Source: Rhynchobatus australiae
Taxonomy: Eukaryota
Length of the DNA: 64,000 bases
Assembly (NCBI GenBank): GCA_034780895.1
Contig: JAUZTB010000070.1
Coordinates: 21,370,818-21,434,817 of the forward strand
Direction: 5' to 3'
Position numbers and translations under genes: made by a program. The notes under the pieces are model-generated. The model was not told the origin of the DNA and did not search any database. It saw only the letters and a list, made by a program, of their open reading frames with translations. Positions 1 through 18,041 of this stretch are shown in pieces (position 1 is the first letter of the stretch; each line of letters begins with the position of its first letter).

Positions 1-6429
<6,429 letters not shown>

Positions 6430-6584
6430 TTATTTTTTTTCCACATAATCCTCCTGTCCGTCAGAGTATTTTTTTTGTTTCTTCCTCCCTTCTCGCTCCA
6501 ACTGTTCACCGCCTCCTCCTTCTGGTTATTTTTCGATTATTTTAGAGCGATAACAATTATAAAAACGTCCCCTCTTCCTCGCTG

Positions 6585-6586
<2 letters not shown>

Positions 6587-6619
<33 letters not shown>
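6587..6619. repeat. (CT)16 microsatellite, followed by a CA-rich tract
   Basis: Directly visible. Confidence 0.95.
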
Positions 6620-6622
<3 letters not shown>

Positions 6623-7519
6623 CACACACATACACACACCCCCGCTCGTACCAACTTGACGGCCGGAAGCGAAGGCTCGGGGAATGTGGGGGAGGAAGGC
6701 TGAGGAGGGAGGGGGGAGAGCGGGGCGGCGCGCTCACGTGTGTGTGTGCGTGTGCGCGCGCGGTGGCCGTTAGCGTTTGAGCGCGAAGCGGGCCAGGGTG
6801 CCAAAGGCTCGAGAGCTTCTGGGGAGGGGGCGGGGTGTTATTCCCAAAGACGCCCCGGTGTTTGACTGATGTGCGGCCGCGACCAATCAGGCCGGAGTAC
6901 GGGCGACGCCAGCCAGCGAAACGGGGCGGAGCCGCCGCGCGGGTGTGTGAGCGCGCCGAGGGGTGCGGCGGGCGTGAGCGTGCGCGCGTCGATCCCTGGG
7001 AGCTCTTAGGATAAAGAATGCGTGACCCACGGTGAAGCCGGTTGGGGAAGATTCGTCCAAAGCTTCACTGATCGTGACTGGCTTTCATTCTGGTGCATAT
7101 AAAGTTTTTGGCGATTGTCTCAAGCTCCCATTTGTTTTGAGAAAAGCAGCCTTATCCAATGAACCTGAAACGTTGCTTCTGATCCTCTCCACAGACACTG
7201 CCTGACCTCCTAAGTATTTGCAATATTCTCTGATTGCCGTGGAACGTAATTTGTTTTCATTTTTTTGTAAGCACCGTTGTGCAAGAAAAAATATCCGGAA
7301 AGCCGGTGCGTAAAGTACAAAATGTTGGAAACATTCCCAGGTCAGTTAGCATAATTTGATAGATGAGAGAACGTTAACTGTTTCATGTATCAGAACTTCA
7401 CTTGGGTCCTGAAACATAACTTGTCTGTTCTCACCATAGATGTGTCTAAAAATTAAAAAAATATATATAACTTAGCTGTTTGGTACTTCTTGACAGTTTT
7501 TTTCTTGGCTAGGTTGTCC

Positions 7520-7780
7520 ACAACGGAGGGTTGCAGTTTCAAAAGAAGGAACTGACCATTCAAGAAAGAGATGAGAAGAAATTTCTTTTCCTAGAGTGCA
7601 GTTAATCTTTAGAATTCCCAAGAAGGCTTCGAAGGCACAGTGGCTGAGAATATTTAAAACAGATTAATAGATTTATCGATATTAAGATAATCAAGGGATA
7701 TGGAATTGGTGTAGGAAAATGGCACTAAGTAAAAAGGGACCCAATGGTTGACTCCAGCTTCTCTTTGTCATTATGTACTT
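7520..7780 (+). mobile_element. CR1 LINE 3' fragment
   Basis: 'gagatgagaagaaatttcttttcctagag...aatctttagaattc...atatttaaaacagattaatagattt...atcaagggatatgg' is the decayed CR1 ORF2 C-terminus and 3' UTR. Confidence 0.7.
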
Positions 7781-8039
7781 TTTCTGATTATATGGTAAAA
7801 GGAAATGCTATATGTATTTGTTTTAAAAAAAATTGTGTCTGAGTAGCCCAGCTATAGGTTTAACTGAGAGGTTAATTCCAAGTGTCCCTGAAATAACGGT
7901 GCTTTATTTAACAAATATCTACCATAAATCACCACTTTGTATAATCCAACCACTCCACTCTGTCACTTCTATGTGGTTGAAATACATCTTCTAGCTCCAT
8001 CTACACAGTAGTTGAAAAAAAGAGTAATAGTCAACTGTA

Positions 8040-8300
8040 GCTCTGAGGTAGCAATCCTGCCTGTTAAAGCAGTGGTTCAAGTTCTGGTCGAGAGATTTGA
8101 CCTCAGAAATCTCATCTCAGTGTAGTACTTACTTTTGGATTTGATGGTAGATTGTTCTCCATCTATTTATTCATGTGGGCGTAAAAGATCCCATAGCATT
8201 ATTTTGAACAAGGGCAATGTGTGTCTCCAGCATCCTAACCAATATTTTTCCCTCACTTATGAGCTTGAAAATAGGATCTCTTGTAATTTTTCCACAGGTG
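8040..8300 (+). mobile_element. Deu-domain SINE (SacSINE1/AmnSINE-like) remnant
   Basis: 'gtaaaagatcccatagcattattttgaacaagggcaa...cctaaccaatatttttccctca' resembles the Deu core. Confidence 0.6.
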
Positions 8301-8315
8301 TTAGGACCCTGATGT

Positions 8316-8746
8316 GGGGCACCACAGTGATGCAGAAATTAGAGCTGCTGCCTCACAGCTCCATCGAGCCTGGTTCATTTCTGACTGTAGCACTGTCTGT
8401 GTGGAGTTTGCATGTTATCCACGTGACTGCATGGAGTTCTTTGGGGTGCTCTGGTTTCCTCCCCTGTCCCAAAGATGTGAGGGTTGTAGGTTAATCGTTG
8501 AACTGTAAATTGACAAGTGTGTAAGTGAATGGTAGAATCTGGGGTTAGGGGGTGAAGTTGATGTAGAGGCAAGTTCAATTGTAGTGTTCGAGGGGAGCTG
8601 GAAAAGTAACTGAAAGAAAACAAATTGCAGGGCTATGGGTAGAGGATGAGGAAATGTGATTAGTTCGATTGCTCTTGCAGAGAACTGATAACGATCCGAT
8701 GGGCTGAATAGCCTTTTTCCATGCTGTAACCATTCTGTGATTCTAA
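8316..8746 (+). mobile_element. tRNA-derived V-SINE (HE1-like) with CR1-type tail
   Basis: tRNA-like head (gctgctgcctcacagctcc...cctggttca), V-domain 'tgtctgtgtggagtttgcatgtt...ctctggtttcctccc...cccaaagatgtg', and tail 'gatgggctgaatagcct...gctgtaaccattctgtgattcta'. Confidence 0.85.
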
Positions 8747-9650
8747 TTCTGTGGTTATACTTCATAAAGAACTTAAGTGGCTCCAAGAACATTCTGAAAG
8801 GGATGTGGAAGTTGCTCTGTTAACATTATGCCAATATTAGATGAGAAATAATGGGACAATGTTCAAGTAGAGCATAATTGCTGACATGGACTGGTTGGGC
8901 CAGTTCCTGTGCTGCATATCCTCCACGTAATCTGCTGTATCTGTCTACCTTAAAGCTAGCATCAGTCAATCGTTATGTGTGACATTCTGTAAATTTCAGA
9001 GACATTACAAGAGCATGAGAACTGGAAAGGAAAGCCATTTGAGCCTGTTGTGTCTCTCGGTTTTGTGGTTTACCCTGTCCCTCAGCCATTTATGAATTTT
9101 GCAAAATATATGAAATAAAAGATCATGTTCTGATTTGAAGCCCAAACATTACATTTATTATAGCCTTGACATGATCTCTTGTTCTTCCAATCTATTCATC
9201 AATTACACTTCTCTTTTCCATGTGTCTCTTAGTTTACATGATTAATCAGTGACATTTTCCTGAAGTCCTCTGTTGTCCTGCTCTTAGATTAACCTTTCAA
9301 AAGGTATCTGTAAGTATAACATGCAGCATTTGAAGGTCAGCTTCAACCTCTTGAAGGACTGCCATCTCCGATTTCTAATGTTACAGACCATCCTCTCCTC
9401 TGATTCCTAATGGTCACTAATGTGCAGTTACAGCTAAACTTTGGACAACTCATTTGGCTCACAGACTAAATTTAGTAGAGAGTGGTTTCAGAGTGATTTC
9501 CTTGAGTGAAATAGATCCATTTCTCTTTCAAAAGCTTGAATTCTCCTTTGGTAGGCCCATCAGATGTGCTAATTTCACAAAATTGTATGGTTAGCTGAGA
9601 TCATCAGTATGGCTACAGTAGTCGCTTGGTTATTCACTATACTTGATGAC

Positions 9651-10085
9651 TTGGAATTGGTTTATTATTGACACGTTAAAAAAAATTAATACAGTAAAAA
9701 AAAACTTGTCTTGCATACAGTTCATACAGATCATTTCATTACACAGTGCATTGAGATAGTACAAGGTAAAACGATGCAGAATAAAGTGTCACAGCTACAG
9801 AGAAAGTGCAGGTAGATAATAAGGTGCAAGGTCATAATAAGTTAGATTGTGAGGTTAAGAGTCCATCTTATCATATTAGGGAACTGATCAATAGTCTTAT
9901 AACAGCAGGATAGAAGGTGTCCTTGAGCCTGGTGGTACGTGCTTTCAGGCTTTTGTAACTTCTGCCCGATGGGAGAGGGGAGAAGAGAGAATGTCTGGGG
10001 TGGATGGAGTCTTTGGTTATGTTGGCTGCTTTACCGAGGCAGTGAGGAATATGGACAGTCCATGGAGGGGAGGCTGGTTTCCAGC
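9651..10085 (-). mobile_element. Rex1/Babar LINE 3' end
   Basis: Minus-strand ORF ends HCLGKAANITKDSIHPRHSLFSPLPSGRSYKSLKARTTRLKDTFYPAVIRLL, followed by the family 3' UTR. Confidence 0.88.
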
Positions 10086-10699
10086 TATTTTGAAGGACTA
10101 ATTTTCCCTCATTAAAATCCATTTGGTGCACATGTGCATTTTCACTTTTATAATTTCTTGCTGTGCAATGAAAGTGTGCAAAACAGCAAATGAGCTTGCA
10201 CTTAGCACATTGATGGATTGGTGGATGGGCTTGTTTCTCTGTACCAAAGCAAAGTTTGAGTTTGTGTTCCCCAGAAGAAATGAGCATTCCTATTTAGCTT
10301 TGCACACATACCTCCATAGAACAGAAACAGAGGCATCCCAATTTTCTGAACCCTGGTCAATTTATCAAAACTAACAAAAAAAAATCCAAGAAGCAGTGAA
10401 AACAGTTATAACATAACACACATATAAAGCTGCTTCAAACATAGGAAAAACCGTGGTCACTGACATTAAAATATGTGTAATAACAGTTATGTCCAGTTTA
10501 TAGAGTTATCAAATTAAAAAAAGCATCAAGCCATATAATGGAGGTCTTGGAGCAGTTGACCAAAAGTTTTGGTCATGGACTTGTATTAAGGAACTCCTTA
10601 GTGAGGTAGGGAGATTTGGGGTCTGGGTAACTGATGGTCAAGTAAATAAATTCAAGCTAAGTACTGGCAGTTTTATGCAGAGCTGCTTGCTTTTTTAAT

Positions 10700-10870
10700 G
10701 GAAGATTTTGGCCATTATCTCTGGAAACGCTACTTCAAAATGGAATGAAGGGAAGCTGGTTTGGCTTTCTTATGAAATCCAACATGACAGCTGTGTTTGA
10801 AAGACTTTCTGACAGAGTCAAAGGCTTCCTTTTAACTATAAAACCTTTGTGATCTTGTTGGAAGTATGCC
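10700..10870 (+). mobile_element. Putative Harbinger Myb/SANT gene relic (element A)
   Basis: RFWPLSLETLLQ...TAVFERLSDRV...LCDLVGS (frameshifted) resembles RFSDxxLExLL...AWExVAxxV...FNDL. It converges on the transposase at 12853-13560. Confidence 0.45.
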
Positions 10871-11120
10871 ATTTTAATCTATTGATACTTCTACACTAAT
10901 AATGGAAAAACTGCAAAAGCAAAATATTATTTGTAAAATTAGATTATATAATCTTAATGGCTCCCAAAATGGCTTTATTTTCTAATAGGAAGTGTTTAAT
11001 AAATGTGCGGGGGCTAACAGAGAGGGAGTCATTGTCAGACATACAGGCAACTAGAACAGGAATGGAATACTATTCTTAGGATGTATACAGAAAATAATCT
11101 AACCAAATACACGTATACTT

Positions 11121-11290
11121 CTGGAGGAATTCAGTGGGCCAAACAGCATCTATAGAGGCAAGGGGATAGTCAATATTTTGGGTTGAGACATAACATTGAC
11201 CATCCCTTTGCCTCCACAGATGTTGCTTGACCCACTGAGTTCCTCCAACAGTTTATTTTTGTTCTGTATTCCAGCACTTACAGTCTCTTG
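11121..11290. mobile_element. Penelope-type terminal repeats forming a fold-back
   Basis: 'ctggaggaattcagtgggccaaacagcatctatagaggcaaggggatagtcaat' recurs inverted at about 11192-11247. Confidence 0.75.
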
Positions 11291-11329
11291 TGTCCTCAAA
11301 CACATTCCTCAGCCTTAAAAACAAATACA

Positions 11330-11589
11330 ATATTACACGTAGATGCCACGGCCAAGAAAGCTCACCAGCAGCTCTACTTCTTCAGGAGGCTAAAGAAACT
11401 TGGTTTGTCCCCTTTGACTCTCACCAACTTTTACCGATGCACTATAGAAAGCATCCTATCTAGATGCATCATGGCTTGGTATGGCAACTGCTCTGCCCAT
11501 GACTGCAAGAAGCTGCAGAGAGTTGTGGACACAGCCCAGCGCATCACAGAAACCAGCCTCCCCTCCTTGGACTCTGTCTTTACCTCTCG
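11330..11589 (+). mobile_element. Rex1/Babar LINE ORF C-terminal fragment
   Basis: HVDATAKKAHQQLYFFRRLKK...NFYRCTIESILSRCIMAWYGNCSAHDCKKLQRVV is the post-RT (DUF1891-like) region. Confidence 0.9.
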
Positions 11590-12852
11590 NNNNNNNNNNN
11601 NNNNNNNNNNNNNNNNNNNNNNNNNNNNNNNNNNNNNNNNNNNNNNNNNNNNNNNNNNNNNNNNNNNNNNNNNNNNNNNNNNNNNNNNNAAGTAAAAGCT
11701 GATTACCAGATAACAATATATTTGGGATCAAAGTGCAGAAACTACAAGTTAAAAGTTCCAAAGCTTATTACAACAGAGTAAGAGATCATCTCAGTACTGT
11801 CAACGTTGGTCAGAGAATCATCAAGATGGCACGAAAAATAACTTAGGAAGTGCTTGAAAAATTGTTCAGCCAAAAATTAGAAAACCAAAATTGGCTTTTT
11901 ATATTTTTTATTGGCTTTTTAAAACACAATCTTTATGTTTTGGTGTAAGAAGCACCTTCTTTGCCAAGCATGGTTGAAAGTTATGTTATCAACAAAGTAA
12001 GTATATAAGCCTGAGAGAAATCAAAGAAACCAGTATTCACATTATGGAAAGAATACTCGAAACACTGTACTATAATGAATCAAAATTGGAGCAAGCTACT
12101 GTCTTTCTGAACCGTTATAACAAGGCCCAATGTAAGTTTGATGAACTTCTCTCTGACATATTGCAACCTTCTAGACACAATATCAAATTCTACAACTTCA
12201 GGTGACTCTCTTTGTCCGTATCAGAACTGTCCTATTTTTGCTGTAAGTGATCCATATGTGATATTGACTTAGTTTTTCTTTCTTTATTAACACAGCTTGA
12301 TCTGCTGGACATGTCACACAGTCTTGCACTTAGTAACTTATGCATCACTTTGTTTGTCANNNNNNNNNNNNNNNNNNNNNNNNNNNNNNNNNNNNNNNNN
12401 NNNNNNNNNNNNNNNNNNNNNNNNNNNNNNNNNNNNNNNNNNNNNNNNNNNNNNNNNNNNNNNNNNNNNNNNNNNNNNNNNNNNNNNNNNNNNNNNNNNN
12501 NNNNNNNNNNNNNNNNNNNNNNNNNNNNNNNNNNNNNNNNNNNNNNNNNNNNNNNNNNNNNNNNNNNNNNNNNNNNNNNNNNNNNNNNNNNNNNNNNNNN
12601 NNNNNNNNNNNNNNNNNNNNNNNNNNNNNNNNNNNNNNNNNNNNNNNNNNNNNNNNNNNNNNNNNNNNNNNNNNNNNNNNNNNNNNNNNNNNNNNNNNNN
12701 NNNNNNNNNNNNNNNNNNNNNNNNNNNNNNNNNNNNNNNNNNNNNNNNNNNNNNNNNNNNNNNNNNNNNNNNNNNNNNNNNNNNNNNNNNNNNNNNNNNN
12801 NNNNNNNNNNNNNNNNNNNNNNNNNNNNNNNNNNNNNNNNNNNNNNNNNNNN

Positions 12853-13560
12853 GACATTAGCTCTTTGTATATCATTTATAAGAGCATTCTCTTGTTTGTG
12901 CTGCCCCAACATGTCAGGAGATGAGTGTGTAAGAGATAACCCTTGACCTTGAGAAGAACCTGGATAACTTGGCATGGTGGCAAGAATAGAACATGCACAG
13001 CTGACTGCACAGAAAGAATGAGTCTTAGGAGCTACCTAGGTATCCGATATTGACTATGATGATCTGTTCTTATTCACAGATGGCTTGAACATCAAGGCAG
13101 TGAAAGTCTTTGAATTCCACTCCAGTTTTGTGCTCTAACTTGGAGGCCTGCATTCAGTTTCCTTACCTAATCTTGCTAAGCTTCAATGTTTGCATTTCTT
13201 TGTGTACATATCATCTCCTGTGTGCAAAGGAGAGGGACATGACTTCCCCTCTCCTTGAGTGGAGAGCATAACATCTCTAAATCATTGGTGGGCAAGATAC
13301 TGGGAGATATTACTAGTATAGAAATGACACTGAGATGAAGGTAATTAGGGCTATGTAACCTTTACTAAGGCAGAATAATCCTAATACAGTTTTAGATTGC
13401 AGTTTTGGCTGCAACATGAGGCTGATTTCTGTTACCACTCTGTGAATAAGCAGGGTCTCTGAAGGCTTTGCTCCTCAGTAGGAGCAGATAGTACATTTGA
13501 TGGCTGAAAACTAGATTGGTCCTAATGATCGAAGACCTTCTCTTCTTCCCTTCTACCCTC
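12853..13560 (-). mobile_element. PIF/Harbinger (HARBI1-like, DDE_Tnp_4) transposase relic (element A)
   Basis: Across frameshifts, in canonical order: TEEQSLQR / VVTEISLMLQPKLQ / VKVT-IAL / NISQYLAHQ*FRDV / KDFHCLDVQAICE*EQIIIVNIGYLGSS*DSFFL / LLKVKGYLLHTHLLT. Confidence 0.8.
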
Positions 13561-14799
13561 TTTGAGTTCTGCTGATCTGCTCCGAATCTTCCTCTCTCTC
13601 ATGCCGGAGATTCACCAAAACAGCCACCAGTGCACTCATTTGTGCCAGCTAAAAACACAGCTGCAGTTTTGAAGCCATTCCACAGAATGCTCTGCAGAAA
13701 ATACTGATTTTATCTCACAACTCCAGTGAATGAACGTTCCCTTGAAACAACCAACCTCTAGTTAAGTTGCTGATAGATCTGCAAATCGTTGAGAATCACT
13801 TTAAGTTGGACAGATGGGAAAGCTCTTCCTGCAGTTAAACACTAGCTTTGCCTTGAGTGTTTAACATGGTTTGACCTGGAATTTGGTAAAGCTGGTGTCA
13901 AATCAACATCGTATGAAGAACGACATTAAAAACTTAATGCTCTGGATACTTCCTGTGTGTGCGCATTACTGTGAACTACAGCATTATCCAATTGTCATAT
14001 AAAACAAATCTTTTCAGAAATGCACATCTGCAATTCACAACCAGAGTTGGAAATATATCGGCATCTATAGCACGACATAAACCAGTACTATCCAAATCTA
14101 TGGACCTGAAGGGGACAGAGGTTACCTACCAGTCTGTCCCTGGAAAACCTTATGCATCACCCAGTCTTACAATTGAAAGACACACTTTCTGCACTGTTTA
14201 GGTTTATCCATCTGGGAATTACCGTGTCTTGTAATTCCATAATTGATGAAACTGCTAAAACTAGAGGTACTTTTAGAAAGCTTCATTTGAGATTATTGGA
14301 TTAAATGGCATTAAACTGGCAACATAAGTGTCAGGTTTTCAGGATAATATGTCTTTAAAAGTACAAGTGTGACAACTGGACCATTTATAATTGTTGCATC
14401 AGAAAAATCAATCAACTCCATTTCAGCTGCCTGTGAAAGTTAATGAACATTTAATGGACATACAAGATTCTAAGCACTGCTGATCTCACATGCTTGGTAT
14501 TCCAAATTCAGAAGCAGTAATAGTAAAAGTGTGCTTGTCTCAGAGTGCAGGTACTTGATACTAGCCTACGCAAGGAGTTAATAAATGATGTGCCACAGTT
14601 TGGTAAATGCTCTTCTGGGAGTCAGTTCAAAAGATGAAAGTTTTTCTTACAGACCCAAATGGGGAAAAAATAGGCCATCTCAACTCACACTAGGAACTAT
14701 GATGTTTGTGACAAAATAAAATGCAAAACCAGAAAGATAAAGTTTCCAAGTTGTATTGAAATAGCCAAAGAAAAGCAAATCAAAACAAAATCAGAGAAA

Positions 14800-14866
14800 G
14801 AGTGGCTATTTGTGTAAAGTTGGATTTCCGTAAGTCAGGTCATTCGTAACCCAGAGAGCACCTGTA
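14800..14866. mobile_element. Possible Tc1/mariner (Tigger-like) terminal inverted repeat
   Basis: 'cgtaagtcaggtcattcgtaacccagagagcacctgTA' resembles a Tigger/pogo end. No clear partner end found. Confidence 0.35.
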
Positions 14867-14869
14867 ATT

Positions 14870-15480
14870 CAGAGGACATTTATTTGTCTAAAACCCAGAA
14901 TGGCTGGGTTGGCTTTTGAGGAAAGGTTATACAGGTTAGGCTTGTATCTACAAGAATTTAGAAGAGCAAAACGGGTTTGATTGAAACAAGATCCTGAGGG
15001 GTCTTGACAAGGTGGATGTGGAGAGGATGGTGTCTCTNNNNNNNNNNNNNNNNNNNNNNNNNNNNNNNNNNNNNNNNNNNNNNNNNNNNNNNNNNNNNNN
15101 NNNNNNNNNNNNNNNNNNNNNNNNNNNNNNNNNNNNNTGGAGAGGATGTTGTCTCTTGTGGGAGGAACTGGAACTAGAGAGTAACCCATTTCAGAAAGGA
15201 ATGAAGAGATTTATTTTGATTAGACGGTCATGAGTCTTTGGATGGTAGAAGCAGAGTCTGTGGATATTTTTAAGCCAGGAGTGTATAGATTCTCAATAAG
15301 CAAGTGAGTGAAATGTCACCTTGGATAGAATGGAATGTGGAGCTGAGGTTACACTCAGTTCGGGCATGATATCCTCTCCACATCCACCTTGTCAAGACCC
15401 CTCGGGCATGATATATTAAGTGATAGAGCCTGGTTAGGGGCCAAATGGAGATCGTCAAAACTGATGGACAAGCCATTACC
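14870..15480 (+). mobile_element. CR1 LINE 3' fragment carrying a small inverted insertion
   Basis: Encodes a decayed ...RLYRLGLYL...GLDKVDVERM..., then the 3' UTR. Confidence 0.75.
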
Positions 15481-15979
15481 ACAAACTTACAGATCTAATT
15501 TAAATAGTTCTCACCACTGTCTTTCTTATGTAATCTCAGTGCCTTCTGTTTCAGAATCTTCAATGCACCCACCAACTTTGCACATCAAAGTTCTTAAGTT
15601 TTTAGCTGTACTGAGGTTTCCTTTCAATTTTCCTTCATATTCCCAGGATGGTATCTGTCCAGTCAACAGTTTATCTGCTTTCATCTTGTTTTGCTTCTTT
15701 CACTTAGAATTCTTCCTATCCCCATTTTCCAAATTTGATTTGTCACATTCCAGCATTTTGTTTATTTATTTTGTGGGATCTAGTTATGCTGGCAAGGCCA
15801 GCATTTATTGCTGATCCCTAATTGCCTTTTTGACTCAACTACCCTTTCAACGGTGAGTTCCAAACTCCCATATCCCAGGGTAAAATTAAAATCCTTAATT
15901 AAAATTCTTCCACTATTTACCTTTGTAAATGTCAATATATGCACAGATAAAGGGAAATTGGCCTTCCTAGACACTCTTG

Positions 15980-17090
15980 ATTAGCCCCTTGATATACCCT
16001 ATTTAACCTCTTAGTCTCCTTTATGTTAAAGCATTCAATTGCAGCCAGTCCAAACTCTCCTCAGTTAAAATTGTCTGGTCCTGACAACTGCCTCATAAAT
16101 CTCTTTTGAACTCTCTCATGTCCCATTACATCTTTCTTGTCATGTTATCACCAGAACTATGCATAGTACTCCAGCAAGAGACTAACTGTGCTTTAAGGAA
16201 TTTTAGCATAAACTCTCTGCACTTACATTATTTACCATGCAAATAGAAAAATGTCCTCAAGCCTTTTCAACCCCATTATCTGCCTGTCCTCTGAACTTCA
16301 GGGATCTGTTTATATGTATCTCTAGGTTTTTCTTTACCTCTGCATGTCTTGGTATCCAAACCCTTATCATGAGCTCTGTTTGCCTTCCCTAATTATATTA
16401 CTTCACACTTTAGCACATTGAATTCTATTTGCCACTTTGTTCTCCACTTGACTGGTCATTTGTTGTCTTCTTGCAATCTCAAACTTTCTGTTTGACTATC
16501 AATGAAATGGCCATTTTAATATAAATTGCAAATGTCATTCATTATTTTATATTTAATATACTATATTCATTATTCTGCATTCTATATTTCAATCATTAAT
16601 GCATACAACAGAATACTCATATTGAGTACCGCAGAACCCTATTAAAAATAGTCTTGTCACAATAACATCTATTGACTATACTCTTTGCCTTCTGTCATTG
16701 AGTCAATCACCAGTTTATCTTTGATCCCATGGACTTTTATTTTACTGATCAAGCCACCATATGGGATCTTATCAGAGAGCTTGCTAACATCTATAGATTT
16801 CATGAAATCCATTGTCCTTTTTGATTGTATTTGTTATCTCTTGAAAGATATTAATTATTTGTCAGGTATAACAAGTCAAAACCAAATATCCATGATTAAT
16901 CCATGCCTGTTTTAAATGGCTTTTAATACTTCTCAGTAGTTTACTTAATATAGAAGATGTGATGATTGCAATTACTTGGTTTTCCCCTTTCTCTGTTTCA
17001 AACAATAATAGATATGTATTCCATAAGTCCTCCAGTGCCAGACTTGTGGTCAAGGGTGTTGGAAAATAATGATGGTCCGAACTTCTGCCC
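15980..17090 (-). mobile_element. Old CR1 LINE ORF2 relic
   Basis: Decayed reverse-strand CR1 motifs such as 'ccagaactatgcatagtactccag' and 'cacattgaattctatttgccact'. Confidence 0.6.
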
Positions 17091-17119
17091 TTTTTCCAGT
17101 CATCCGCTTATTCTTTTAT

Positions 17120-17640
17120 GTATTTATAGGATATAGGTGTCAGTGGCAGGGCTACATTCATTTTTCAGCTGTCCTGGAGAAGAGCCTTTTTGACCATTGC
17201 AGTCTAAGGCAAAGCCACCCTGTGCTATTAGCTGGGATTGTTCACACTGTACTGATGTATTTTTAAGTCAAAATAATGCAAGACTTGAACCAGGACTCAG
17301 AGGTCGTGTTCCCATGTACCTACTGACTTTATCCTGCTAGATACTTAAGGAAGTGTAAGTGAAGAAGCCTTGAGAAGTTGCTGTGCTACATTTGGTGATG
17401 GTATATGTTCCACGCTGGACATTGGAGAGAAGGTGATGATTGAGGTTGGTGGTTGAGGTGTCAGTCAGTAGAGTCCTGTTCCGGGATGGTGTTGAATTTC
17501 CTGAGTGTTATTGCACCTGCACTCATCCAGGCAAGTACAAAGTATTCCATCATTCTCCTGACTGGTAGACGGGGTGTCAGGAGGTGAATCACACTCACCA
17601 CAGAATTCCCAGCCTCTGACCTACTCTTGTCATAACAGAG
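17120..17640 (-). mobile_element. Non-CR1-type LINE 3' part (CR1-Zenon-like)
   Basis: 'gcactcatccaggcaagt...gtattccatca...cagaattcccagcctctgacct' resembles the same family as 49380-49700. Short pieces also at about 15770-15825 and 23080-23165. Confidence 0.55.
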
Positions 17641-17909
17641 TCAAAGCCAAAGTCGGGTTTATTGCCATATGCACAAGTACATGTACACACAGGTGCAATG
17701 AAAAACTTACTTGTAGCAGCATGCACAAACAAAACATAAATGTGAATTATACTGCTGTCCTCTCCTGTTGGATTCCTTCTTCTTCAGCCCCTTGTCTCTT
17801 CTGCCTATCATCTCTCAATTCTTGCATCACTCCCTTTCATCCTCCCATCCCAACCACCTACCTTCCCCCTCTCATCTGGACTCACCTGCTAGCCTGTGCT
17901 CCTCCCGTT

Positions 17910-18041
17910 GATAAGCCGTAAGGTAATGTTGCAGCTCTATAAAACCCTGGTCAGACCACACTTAGAGTATTGTCTTCAGTTCTGGTCACCTCATTATAGG
18001 AAGGATGTGGAAGCTTTAGAGAGGGTGCAGAGGAGATTTAC
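17910..18041 (+). mobile_element. CR1 LINE fragment
   Basis: [39 protein letters not shown]. Confidence 0.92.

Noticed and set aside
8316-8400. tRNA-like sequence
   Set aside because: It is the head of a SINE, not a cloverleaf tRNA gene.
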